42,754 bases of DNA from Deltaproteobacteria bacterium (GTDB taxonomy: Bacteria; Desulfobacterota; GWC2-55-46; UBA9637). Below the pieces are notes generated by a model. It worked only from the letters and a program-made list of their open reading frames with translations, made no database searches and had not been told where the DNA came from. Shown here piece after piece: positions 28,226 to 36,266 of this stretch. The position numbers were made by a program, and so were the translations under genes. How positions within the stretch are numbered: position 1 is the first letter of the stretch; every line of letters begins with the position of its first letter. The stretch covers positions 1-42,754 of the forward strand of contig JACQEJ010000084.1 in the NCBI GenBank assembly GCA_016200645.1. The letters run 5' to 3'.

Positions 28226-29791
28226 TTAGTCTAAAAGTTTTTTGACTTTTAGACTCGCAAACTGTTTTACCACCCCTATCTTCAACACCCTTTTTGTCTC
28301 CGGCCCCACTCTGCCATACGCACCCTGCCTTACACCTGCCACCCATATAATTTCATTGCCGGAGAGGATGAGCGGGATTAAACCTCTTTTGCGCCTCGGA
28401 ATCTTCTTTTCTATAAAGAGGTCTTTTATCTTTTTATGGCCGCTCATGCCGAACGGCACAAACCGGTCGCCGGACCTAAAGTTTCGTATGAGCAGGGGCG
28501 CTTTGAGTTTATCGTAATCAAAATAAGCAACCCTTTGAGATTTTAGATTTACCCCCACACCAAAATCTTTGGTGCGGGGGTTTACGATTTCAGATTTACC
28601 CCCACACCAAAATCTTTGGTGCGGGGGTTTACGATTTTGAACTTTTGTCTTAAACTCTGCAATCCTGAGTCCGCAATCCGCAATTACTTCTGTTCTGCCG
28701 TCTATTTCTAATTCCTGCTCAAATATAATGCCTCTGTCTTTCTTCTGACTTCTGACTCCTGGCTTCTGACTTCTTTCCATTGTCACCCTGTCATACTCCC
28801 TGTAAACAGTCAGGCCATGGGGCAGGTTAATTGAAATGTTCGGCGCTTTACCGGACAGCAGTTTTAAAAAATCCTCAACATGGCAACTGTAAAATCCCGC
28901 TGATGAGCCGAGAAGCTCCTCTGCCGCCATAAAAAACATCCTGACTTTGATTGCATCATGCAGACTGTTAAGTTTTTTTACCGAAAGAGCAACGGATGTT
29001 TTTCCTTTGCCCCTTGACCCTTGACCCTTGACCTTTTGCCCGCCCTTCACGCAATTCGTGTAAGCATCTTTTGCCTGACTGCACAGATAATCTTCATCCC
29101 TCGTAAGGATGCGGGAAAGCCTGGCCATGTCGTTTTTAAAGGCCGGGTTATATCCCATCAGCGCAGGCATAAGTTTAAGCCTTATATGGTTGCGAAGATA
29201 TTTGGCGCTTTGATTTGAGCTGTCTTTTACAAACTTTAGTCTTTTAGCTTCAGCGTATTTTTCTATCTCTACTCTGGTTATATCAAGAAGCGGCCTTATG
29301 TATTTTCCCCTTACAGCCGGAATGCCGCATAAACCCCTTAAGCCGGCGCCATTTAAAAATCTCATTACCATCGTCTCGGCCTGGTCATCCCGATTATGGC
29401 CTGTGGCTATTTTCTGCGCCTTATATTTTTTTGCAGTCTCCTCAAAAAATGCGTATCTCGCCTTTCGCGCGACATCCTGAAGAGAATCCCCCCTTTTGAG
29501 AAGCTTGCGGGTATCTACCCTTTTGCAAACACACGGGACGCCGAGCCTTTTTGCAAGGCTCCTTATAAAGGCCTCATCCATGTCGGATTCTTTGCCCCTT
29601 AAAGAGTGATTGATGTGGGCTGCAATGAGGGAAATCTTATATTCCGCTGCAAGCCTTGTAAGGATATGAAGCAGTACAACCGAATCCACACCGCCGGAGA
29701 CAGCGGCCACGACAGTGTCGCCCCTTTTGAGCATCTTGAATTTTTCAATGGTGTTTTTTGCTTTGTCCAGCATAGGGTTTTCAAGTATCAT
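28226..29791 (-). CDS. tilS: tRNA(Ile)-lysidine synthetase with repeat-derived insertions
   Basis: SGGVDS PP-loop, ARKARY, GHNRDDQAET, RPLL, DSSN and RNHIR motifs; C-terminal KKIKDLFIEKKIP domain. Confidence 0.95.
   Translation of the reverse strand: MILENPMLDKAKNTIEKFKMLKRGDTVVAAVSGGVDSVVLLHILTRLAAEYKISLIAAHINHSLRGKESDMDEAFIRSLAKRLGVPCVCKRVDTRKLLKRGDSLQDVARKARYAFFEETAKKYKAQKIATGHNRDDQAETMVMRFLNGAGLRGLCGIPAVRGKYIRPLLDITRVEIEKYAEAKRLKFVKDSSNQSAKYLRNHIRLKLMPALMGYNPAFKNDMARLSRILTRDEDYLCSQAKDAYTNCVKGGQKVKGQGSRGKGKTSVALSVKKLNSLHDAIKVRMFFMAAEELLGSSAGFYSCHVEDFLKLLSGKAPNISINLPHGLTVYREYDRVTMERSQKPGVRSQKKDRGIIFEQELEIDGRTEVIADCGLRIAEFKTKVQNRKPPHQRFWCGGKSEIVNPRTKDFGVGVNLKSQRVAYFDYDKLKAPLLIRNFRSGDRFVPFGMSGHKKIKDLFIEKKIPRRKRGLIPLILSGNEIIWVAGVRQGAYGRVGPETKRVLKIGVVKQFASLKVKKLLD
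28535..28685. repeat. Composite in-frame insert in tilS: heptamer family G plus two nested 27-28 bp palindromes
   Basis: 47-bp tandem unit 28545-28591 / 28592-28637; TCCGCAA units at 28668-28684. Confidence 0.9.
28742..28774. repeat. Heptamer arm, family D, in frame in tilS
   Basis: CTTCTGA CTTCTGA CTCCTGG CTTCTGA; encodes RSQKPGVRSQK. Confidence 0.85.
29004..29041. repeat. Heptamer arm, family E (CCTTGAC), in frame in tilS
   Basis: Encodes GQKVKGQGSRGKG. Confidence 0.85.
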
Positions 29792-29792
29792 G

Positions 29793-29866
29793 GAGTCAAA
29801 GAGTCAGAGGGTCAAAGGGTCAGAGCAAAAACAACAACTTTGACTCTATGACTCTTTGACTCTCTG
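29793..29866. repeat. Octamer inverted array (GRGTCARA / TGACTCTW)
   Basis: Four 8-mers, a loop, and three to four inverted 8-mers filling the lptD-tilS gap. Confidence 0.9.
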
Positions 29867-29876
29867 CTGCTGTATT

Positions 29877-32210
29877 TCATTGCATCTTTCCGCCCGCCCC
29901 GCCGACCTCCCCGATGCCGAGCAAGTTAAATGTCACCATGACTATCTTCTCCTCCGGTCTCTCCGTATAGGTAATCTGAGTATTCCAGCACTGGCGTTTA
30001 TATTCAAGGCCATAAGCAGCCTCAAGGATTGTGTTGTCATTATAGGAATACCGGTTGTGATAGGTAAGGTCAACGGATGGGATAAGCTTAAACCTTAACG
30101 ATGCATCAAGATATTCCATAAGAGGGCTTCTGGCATATCTATAGCTTGCATCCAGTCTGTCGCCTCTTCTGTCCCATATTCCGAGAGATGCATCATACTG
30201 GTTCAGCCAGTTATTATATACATCGTATGCGCCCTTTGCCGCTATCATTGTCCATGACAGGGGCTTTAGCCTGGCCTCTCCGGTAACAGCTGAAAACGGC
30301 CTCCTTTCATCCGCGGGAGAGACGAGCTTCCTTGTCGCCTCATTGATATCATAGCTTTGACTCAAATCCATGTATACATAGTCGCGATAAGAAGGATTGC
30401 CGCCTTCTATGAATTTTCCGGTCAGTATGGTGTTTAATGAATAGGTAATAGTGCTTGTAGCCGCAATCCTATCCACAGCGTCAAAATTGGGGAGGCTGTC
30501 CTGCCTCAGTTCCGGTATATAGGTATATACAATCTTCGGCCTTATCGTGTGCTTTATTTTTTGGACCGAGGCAACCGTGTTGCCGTTTGTTTCTACGCCG
30601 ACCGGGGCGCCCATCCGAAGGATGGGTCGGGCTTGCTCCATATTTTCATCCCATGAATATATCTTCACAAATGTAGTGGTAAGGTCAAGATTCAGGTCAT
30701 ACAAGCTTCTGTCCGAATATCCCTCTTGCAGCGGATTGTTTTCCACCCAGTAGTATGTTTCCCTTATCCCTGCAGACGGCTTCAGCTCAAAATATCCTCC
30801 GGGATTCAATGGCAAAGACACGGCTGGATGAATATCAATGCGCTGCCCCGTATAATCTTTCTCTCTCTCAAAATTGACAAACGAGGATTCCATGGAAAAA
30901 TTAAACGGTGTATCCGGCACCTGCTGGTCTGCGCCGGTCAGGGTAATTTCAGGAAGCCTTTGCAGCGTTGAACTGTCATCGGCAGCCAGGAGGTTGTCAA
31001 AATACCTGAACTGGGCCACAAGATTAAATTTATTCCAGGTCTTTGTCATGGAGACATTGCTCTCAAGGCTTACTAAAGACCGCTCCTGAATGTCTTTCCC
31101 GAAATCGATAAAATATTCATCATCGCTTACTCGTTTTATATCTGCCTTCAAAATAACATCGTGGGGCAAAAGCCCCCTATGCCGGTATTGAAGAAACCAT
31201 CGGTCGTTGGTAGCGGTCATGGGTCTTGACAGGTTGTCTATTCCTTGTCTGAATTCTCTTACCCTGCTTATATCGTTTTCCTGAAAATGGTAGAAAGAAA
31301 ACTCTCCATCCGTAGTTTTGGAAAGCGCATATCTATATTCTATGCCTTTGCCAATACCCCTCAGACTCTCTATATCAAGATAGAAAGTCGCATCGGCAGA
31401 GTCCGATATCGCCCAGAAAAAACTATTGTCAAATATAGCGCCCCTCACTCCGGAATACCCGACCGACGGCATGAGGAATCCAGTCTCCCTCTCGGTTTTC
31501 ACAGGGAATACGACATAAGGGGAATACAGCACCGGAACATTTTTAATGTAGAAAAATGTATTCCATGCATGGATGTATTTACCGAGCGTTACATCGGTAT
31601 CCTGCGCGTAAAAACTCCATGCGGGAGAACTGCCCTCTTCACAGTCGCATGTTGTAAAAAAACTGTGGTGCGCTGAATAGCTCTGCGCTCCTGTTTTTTT
31701 TATCTCATCGCCGACAACATGTACATTCTCCTTTTTAAAAAACAGTCTGCCGTTTATCGCAACGCCTACCTTGGTATCTATATCAATATCCAGGCTGTCG
31801 CCCTTTAATGTGTCTCCCCCCTCATCCACAATCTCCACATTGCCGGAGGCATGAGCGTGCGATGCGCTCATATCAACAATCATCTTGTCCGCCTTGATAG
31901 ATGACTCTCCTTGAATTACTATTACATGCCCCTCGGCATAGTATGTATCTTTAGATTTATCATAGCTGAGCGAATCAGCGGTTATCGCTATCGGTTTCTT
32001 TTCTGAAAATGACTTGCCATCCTCTGCAAAGGCAAGGAGAGGCGGCAGAAACAGCAGACAGCAGACAGTAAGCAGTAACAAGAACGCGGAATGCGGAATG
32101 CCGGGCGCCCGCGCAGTGGGCGCGGAATTTAAATCCGAAATCCTACACCCCAAAGATTTTGGTGTGGTGGTAAATCCGAAATCCGAAATCCGAGGTTTAT
32201 GCACTGTCAT
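29877..32210 (-). CDS. lptD: LPS-assembly protein LptD
   Basis: OstA-like N-domain, FTTC.C, ERETGFLMP, LQRLPEI, KHTIRP and YKRQCW; start placed at ATG 32210 (ATGA overlap with the folC stop). Confidence 0.92.
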   Translation of the reverse strand: MTVHKPRISDFGFTTTPKSLGCRISDLNSAPTARAPGIPHSAFLLLLTVCCLLFLPPLLAFAEDGKSFSEKKPIAITADSLSYDKSKDTYYAEGHVIVIQGESSIKADKMIVDMSASHAHASGNVEIVDEGGDTLKGDSLDIDIDTKVGVAINGRLFFKKENVHVVGDEIKKTGAQSYSAHHSFFTTCDCEEGSSPAWSFYAQDTDVTLGKYIHAWNTFFYIKNVPVLYSPYVVFPVKTERETGFLMPSVGYSGVRGAIFDNSFFWAISDSADATFYLDIESLRGIGKGIEYRYALSKTTDGEFSFYHFQENDISRVREFRQGIDNLSRPMTATNDRWFLQYRHRGLLPHDVILKADIKRVSDDEYFIDFGKDIQERSLVSLESNVSMTKTWNKFNLVAQFRYFDNLLAADDSSTLQRLPEITLTGADQQVPDTPFNFSMESSFVNFEREKDYTGQRIDIHPAVSLPLNPGGYFELKPSAGIRETYYWVENNPLQEGYSDRSLYDLNLDLTTTFVKIYSWDENMEQARPILRMGAPVGVETNGNTVASVQKIKHTIRPKIVYTYIPELRQDSLPNFDAVDRIAATSTITYSLNTILTGKFIEGGNPSYRDYVYMDLSQSYDINEATRKLVSPADERRPFSAVTGEARLKPLSWTMIAAKGAYDVYNNWLNQYDASLGIWDRRGDRLDASYRYARSPLMEYLDASLRFKLIPSVDLTYHNRYSYNDNTILEAAYGLEYKRQCWNTQITYTERPEEKIVMVTFNLLGIGEVGGAGGKMQ
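32050..32193. repeat. Composite repeat forming the LptD N-terminus (families C and G plus nested palindromes)
   Basis: (CAGACAG)n, (GCGGAAT)n, (ATCCGAA)n, CGGGCGCCC..GGGCGCGG and CACCCCAAAGATTTTGGTGTG. Confidence 0.88.
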
Positions 32211-33658
32211 TGAAGCATCTCCAATAGGGCATCCCTCGCTTCTCCCACGGTAAAAACAGAGCCTGTGATGCATATCATATCATCGGCCTTGCTCATGGAC
32301 AGAGCGGCCTTGCAGGCGTCTGCGACATCGTTAATAAATTTTATCTTTAATTTTGGATTTTTAATTCCGCGCCCACTGCGTGGGCGCCCGGCAATCCGCA
32401 TTCCGCATTTTATAAGCTCCCTGTAAAGGATATCCAGCGGCGCAGCCCTCTCTGTCTTTGGACGCGTCAGTATTATTATACTGGCAAGCGGCGCAAGCCT
32501 TGATAATATCCCCTTTATGTCTTTATCCGCCATAATGCCAAGCACAAGAAATATATGTCTTATATGACCTATATGACTTATAATTTTTCTTTTTCGCAAA
32601 TCAACCAAGGCTTCCCTTAAAACCTCCGCCCCTGCCGGATTATGGGCGCAGTCTAAAACAATCAAGGGTTTCTTACGCAATATCTCGAGTCTCCCCGGCC
32701 AGAAAATATTCTGAAACCCTTTTCTTACGGCAGATTCAGGGATACAAAAACCTTTCCCTTGCAAAATCTCCAATGCCGCCAAAGCGCAGGATGCATTCTT
32801 ATATTGATGCCTGCCCAAAAGATTGAGCGTTAAGTTGCTCAAGAACCACCGTCTTCCTTTAAACGCAAAATGATTTTCTTTTTTGACCCTTGACCGCGCC
32901 CAGAGGGCGCCCGCCTTGACCCTTGTATTCTCATCTATAAAAAAATCCCTATCAAACCTGTAAAATATCGCTTTCTTGTTTTTGCATTCAGCCGTCAAAA
33001 CCTTTAGCGCCGCAGGCTTTGTTTCTCCAGATATTAAGACGCCACCCTTCTTTATTATCCCGGCCTTTTCAAATGCTATATCCTTTATCCTGCGCCCAAG
33101 GATTGCCTGATGGTCTCTTGCAATGTTTGTTATTACGGAAACAAGGGGGTTGCCCACATTGGTAGCGTCCAGCCTCCCGCCCAATCCCACCTCCATTATC
33201 GCAAAATCAACTTTTTCTTCCGCAAAATACAAAAACGCCATTGCGGTGGCAAATTCAAAGAAGGTAGGGATTAGGGACTGGGGACTGGGGACTGGGGTTT
33301 TAGATTTTAATCCCAAGCCCCTAGCCTCTAGCCTCTGCCTTATCCTTTCCACCAACTCCGCCACTTTCTTATCCGATATCTCTTGTCCATTTATCTTTAT
33401 CCGCTCATTAAACCGAACAAGGTGCGGTGATGTATAAAGCCCTGCTCTATATCCCGCCTCTGTCAGGATAGACGCTATCATGGCGGAAGTAGAACCTTTG
33501 CCGTTTGTCCCGCCGATATGGATTATAGATAATTTATCCTGCGGATTGCCGAGGGATTTTAAAAGGGGCTTTATCCTTTTAAGCCCCAATTTCATGCCGT
33601 ATTTTTCAAGGCTGGATAGATATTGAATGGGTTTTGTATAACGGGAAGATTTTGGCAT
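32207..33658 (-). CDS. folC: Bifunctional folylpolyglutamate synthase/dihydrofolate synthase with repeat-derived insertions
   Basis: GTNGKGS, YTSPHL..FNERI, EVGLGGRLDATN, WPGRLE, DCAHN and TGS motifs; the upstream in-frame extension to 33706 is REP sequence. Confidence 0.95.
   Translation of the reverse strand: MPKSSRYTKPIQYLSSLEKYGMKLGLKRIKPLLKSLGNPQDKLSIIHIGGTNGKGSTSAMIASILTEAGYRAGLYTSPHLVRFNERIKINGQEISDKKVAELVERIRQRLEARGLGLKSKTPVPSPQSLIPTFFEFATAMAFLYFAEEKVDFAIMEVGLGGRLDATNVGNPLVSVITNIARDHQAILGRRIKDIAFEKAGIIKKGGVLISGETKPAALKVLTAECKNKKAIFYRFDRDFFIDENTRVKAGALWARSRVKKENHFAFKGRRWFLSNLTLNLLGRHQYKNASCALAALEILQGKGFCIPESAVRKGFQNIFWPGRLEILRKKPLIVLDCAHNPAGAEVLREALVDLRKRKIISHIGHIRHIFLVLGIMADKDIKGILSRLAPLASIIILTRPKTERAAPLDILYRELIKCGMRIAGRPRSGRGIKNPKLKIKFINDVADACKAALSMSKADDMICITGSVFTVGEARDALLEMLQ
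32350..32410. repeat. Family G heptamers plus mini-palindrome, in frame in folC
   Basis: Near-inverted copy of 32083-32141. Confidence 0.85.
32551..32582. repeat. 9-bp tandem repeat in frame in folC
   Basis: TATATGTCT TATATGACC TATATGACT; encodes ISHIGHIRHI. Confidence 0.75.
32881..32925. repeat. Family E heptamers interrupted by a mini-palindrome, in frame in folC
   Basis: TTGACCCTTGA-CCGCGCCCAGAGGGCGCCCG-CCTTGACCCTTG. Confidence 0.85.
33264..33339. repeat. Heptamer inverted array, family F, in frame in folC
   Basis: (GGGACTG)n arm and (CTAGCCT)n arm; encodes RLEARGLGLKSKTPVPSPQSLIP. Confidence 0.9.
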
Positions 33659-33666
33659 TGGGTTGG

Positions 33667-33720
33667 CAGGGGAGGGGCTTGCCCCTCCCGTTTCGAGCGA
33701 CCACAAGGGTCGCCCCTACA
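33667..33720. repeat. REPIN-like doublet
   Basis: Minus-strand GTAG-GGGCGACCCTTGTGGTCGC facing plus-strand GCAG-GGGAGGGGCTTGCCCCTCCC. Confidence 0.75.
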
Positions 33721-33727
33721 AAAAGGA

Positions 33728-34570
33728 TTACGGGGCAAGCATCTTGAGAAGTTTTCCAAGGGTATCTTTCATATTTTTTCTCTCTACTATCATATCTATC
33801 ACGCCGTGCTCAAGGAGGTATTCGGCCCTCTGGAAGCCTTCCGGCAGTTTTTGCCTTATCGTCTGTTCAATAACCCTTGGGCCGGCAAACCCTATGAGGG
33901 CCTTCGGCTCTGCAATGATTATATCCCCGAGCATGGCAAAGCTGGCAGTGACCCCCCCCATCGTGGGATCGAGAAGAACGGATATATAAGGAAGCCCTGC
34001 CTTTCTGAATCTTCCCAGCGCAGCGCAGGTTTTGGCCATCTGCATAAGCGAAAATATGCCTTCCTGCATCCTGGCGCCGCCCGAAGAAGACAATATAACA
34101 ACGCCGCAGCCATTATCCATTGCCTTTTCAATAAGCCTTGCAATCTTTTCGCCGACAACAGAACCCATGCTTCCGCCCATAAACTCAAATTCAAATATCG
34201 CAGCCATTGCCTTCTGCCCGTTTATAAGCCCCTGTCCGCAGACCAACGCATCCTTACGGGGCAATGCCTTCTGCGCTGTCCTCAGTCTGTCCCTGTACCT
34301 CTTCGCATCTTTAAAATCCAGCGCATCCACCGGTTCAAGCCCTGCATCGAACTCAATAAAGCTTCCCTCGTCAAATGTGATTGCCAGCCTCTTTTGGCTG
34401 CTGATCCTGAAATGGTAATTGCACTTGGGACACACATCCAGGTTTTTCTCTATCTCTTTCTTATATATGATCTCGCCGCAGGATTCGCACTTAATCCATA
34501 ACCCACGAGGCACCCTCACCCTTTTCCCTTCCGGCCGCACAGAAGCATCTATTTCTTTTTTTAGAACCAT
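33728..34570 (-). CDS. accD: Acetyl-CoA carboxylase carboxyltransferase beta subunit
   Basis: WIKCESC...CPKC zinc finger, [16 protein letters not shown] and [12 protein letters not shown] motifs. Confidence 0.97.
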   Translation of the reverse strand: MVLKKEIDASVRPEGKRVRVPRGLWIKCESCGEIIYKKEIEKNLDVCPKCNYHFRISSQKRLAITFDEGSFIEFDAGLEPVDALDFKDAKRYRDRLRTAQKALPRKDALVCGQGLINGQKAMAAIFEFEFMGGSMGSVVGEKIARLIEKAMDNGCGVVILSSSGGARMQEGIFSLMQMAKTCAALGRFRKAGLPYISVLLDPTMGGVTASFAMLGDIIIAEPKALIGFAGPRVIEQTIRQKLPEGFQRAEYLLEHGVIDMIVERKNMKDTLGKLLKMLAP

Positions 34571-34582
34571 AAAACCTCCAAG

Positions 34583-34658
34583 TTAGCTGATAGCTCATGG
34601 CTGATAGCTGATAGTTGATAGTAAAAACTATGAGCCATGAGCTATCAGCTATGAACTA
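34583..34658. repeat. Heptamer inverted array, family A
   Basis: (TAGCTGA)n / (CTATGAG)n; supplies the stop codon of the phosphodiesterase gene. Confidence 0.92.
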
Positions 34659-35420
34659 TATCTCTATCACATCCCCCTGCTTCAAAACCTTGATCCTTTT
34701 GTTATCTAAAAGGGCAATCTCCTTCTCGATTATATCCAGATACTGCGGCTTCATGTGAAATACATATACAGGAACTTTTTTATCGCCAGCCTTTTTTAAT
34801 TCCTCAGCCATGCCTTGCACGGTCAGATGCCCGCTTATAGCCGCCAGATCCGCCATGCTGTTGGGAAACGATGCCTCTATAAAGATAGCCTTGAGATTAT
34901 CCTCTTTCAGAGCAGCATCCCATATCCAATCTGTGTGGCTTGTATCCCCTGTATAAACGATAGCCCCGTCATTATCCTTTATGATATAACCCGTCGCATC
35001 AACAATATGATTCACCCGTATAGGCTTCACAGTCACATCTCCGAGGCACAGCTCTTCTTTCCCCTTAACAGGCAACAACTTAAGTATTGGACCGTTTACC
35101 GATGGAATGGTGGTAAAATCAGGCCAGATTATATTATTCAATACATTGGCCCTGAGTATATCCAGAACACCGTGGGTGCCGATCAGATTTATATGTCCGT
35201 TCCTTTTCCCTATTACATTGTCCGCCAGAAACTGTATGTCCTTGATATGGTCAAGGTGGGTATGGCTTATAATGATGTTGTTTATCTTGAGCTGCTCCTC
35301 AACATTCAAAACTGAAACCACCGTGCCGGCGTCCAAAAGGGTATCGTCATTGATGAGAAAACCGCTGGTCTTATAACCAGGCATTTCAGCGCCGTAACAG
35401 CCGAGAACCTGTATCCTCAT
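34656..35420 (-). CDS. Class II (metallo-beta-lactamase fold) cyclic-nucleotide phosphodiesterase
   Basis: LGCYG, LLDAGT, SHTHLDHI, IWPDF, YTGDT, SGHLT and HMKP motifs. Confidence 0.85.
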   Translation of the reverse strand: MRIQVLGCYGAEMPGYKTSGFLINDDTLLDAGTVVSVLNVEEQLKINNIIISHTHLDHIKDIQFLADNVIGKRNGHINLIGTHGVLDILRANVLNNIIWPDFTTIPSVNGPILKLLPVKGKEELCLGDVTVKPIRVNHIVDATGYIIKDNDGAIVYTGDTSHTDWIWDAALKEDNLKAIFIEASFPNSMADLAAISGHLTVQGMAEELKKAGDKKVPVYVFHMKPQYLDIIEKEIALLDNKRIKVLKQGDVIEI

Positions 35421-35439
35421 AAAATCCCCCTTAAAAAGA

Positions 35440-35582
35440 AGTAGGCAGTAGACTGTAGACAGGGGCTTTTTAGGAGTAGACAGTAGACAGGGAAAGACTT
35501 GTTTCTCCCTGTCTACTGTCTACTGTTTGCTGTTTACTTTCCTTTTTTCCCTGTCTACTTTCTACTACATACTGTCTACTGT
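35440..35582. repeat. Heptamer inverted array, family C (double)
   Basis: Two AGTAGAC blocks facing two CTGTCTA blocks; 35545-35580 differs at one base from 18589-18624. Confidence 0.92.
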
Positions 35583-35584
35583 AT

Positions 35585-36232
35585 TTATATTTTCCCAGTT
35601 TCCTTTTCTATCTCCAGAAAGTCAAGAAATTTGAGTTTGTGCATCCCTTTTATGTTTATGGCCTTTTCTTCCAGTGTAACAATATTTGCCTGAGACAATC
35701 TTTCCATCAAACCCTTTACTACATGGACATCAATACCGGTCTCTTGCGCAAGCTCCATGGGCGTTACGCCCACCCTTATGCAATTTCCATCTTTCATGCC
35801 GCCGGTCTCAGCCATGCGCATAAGTATATGGACGATCCTGCTCATGTTGTCCCTCAGCATAAGGCCTTCCATCTTTTCATTAGCCTCCAAAAGGCGGCTG
35901 GCAAGTTTTTTAATTATCTTTAGCGCAATATTGGTATTTTCCGATATCATATTCTCAACCGTGTGCGGCTCTATAACAACAAGCAGGCTGTCTTCCACTA
36001 CCTCTGCTGTTGCAGAGCGCGGCTTATCAAGGAGTGTTGCCATCTCTCCCAAAAATTCTCCCGGCCCAAGCACAGCAAGCGTCTTTTCTGAATCTCCAAT
36101 CTGTTTTGTTATCTTAACCTTTCCATTGTGAATGACATACATCTCTTTGCTCCGTTCGCCGTCCCGGAAAAGAACGGCGCCCTTTGGAAAATTCTTGCCA
36201 AACTTCTGGAGTATTGCATCATCACTCTTCAT
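35585..36232 (-). CDS. Crp/Fnr-family regulator with cNMP-binding domain
   Basis: GEFLGEM...PRSATA phosphate-binding cassette and C-terminal HTH-like region. Confidence 0.88.
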   Translation of the reverse strand: MKSDDAILQKFGKNFPKGAVLFRDGERSKEMYVIHNGKVKITKQIGDSEKTLAVLGPGEFLGEMATLLDKPRSATAEVVEDSLLVVIEPHTVENMISENTNIALKIIKKLASRLLEANEKMEGLMLRDNMSRIVHILMRMAETGGMKDGNCIRVGVTPMELAQETGIDVHVVKGLMERLSQANIVTLEEKAINIKGMHKLKFLDFLEIEKETGKI

Positions 36233-36266
36233 ATCAACATTCCTTGTGCCGCTTACCGCTCACAGC

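Noticed and set aside
32211-32273. LptD start at 32273 (and FolC start at 33706)
   Set aside because: These extensions overlap folC coding sequence or REP sequence; ATG 32210 and ATG 33658 fit better.
33623-34501. 292-aa plus-strand ORF, and similar antisense ORFs such as 23239-23859, 36132-36896 and 5864-6457
   Set aside because: Antisense shadows of well-conserved genes with no recognisable motifs.
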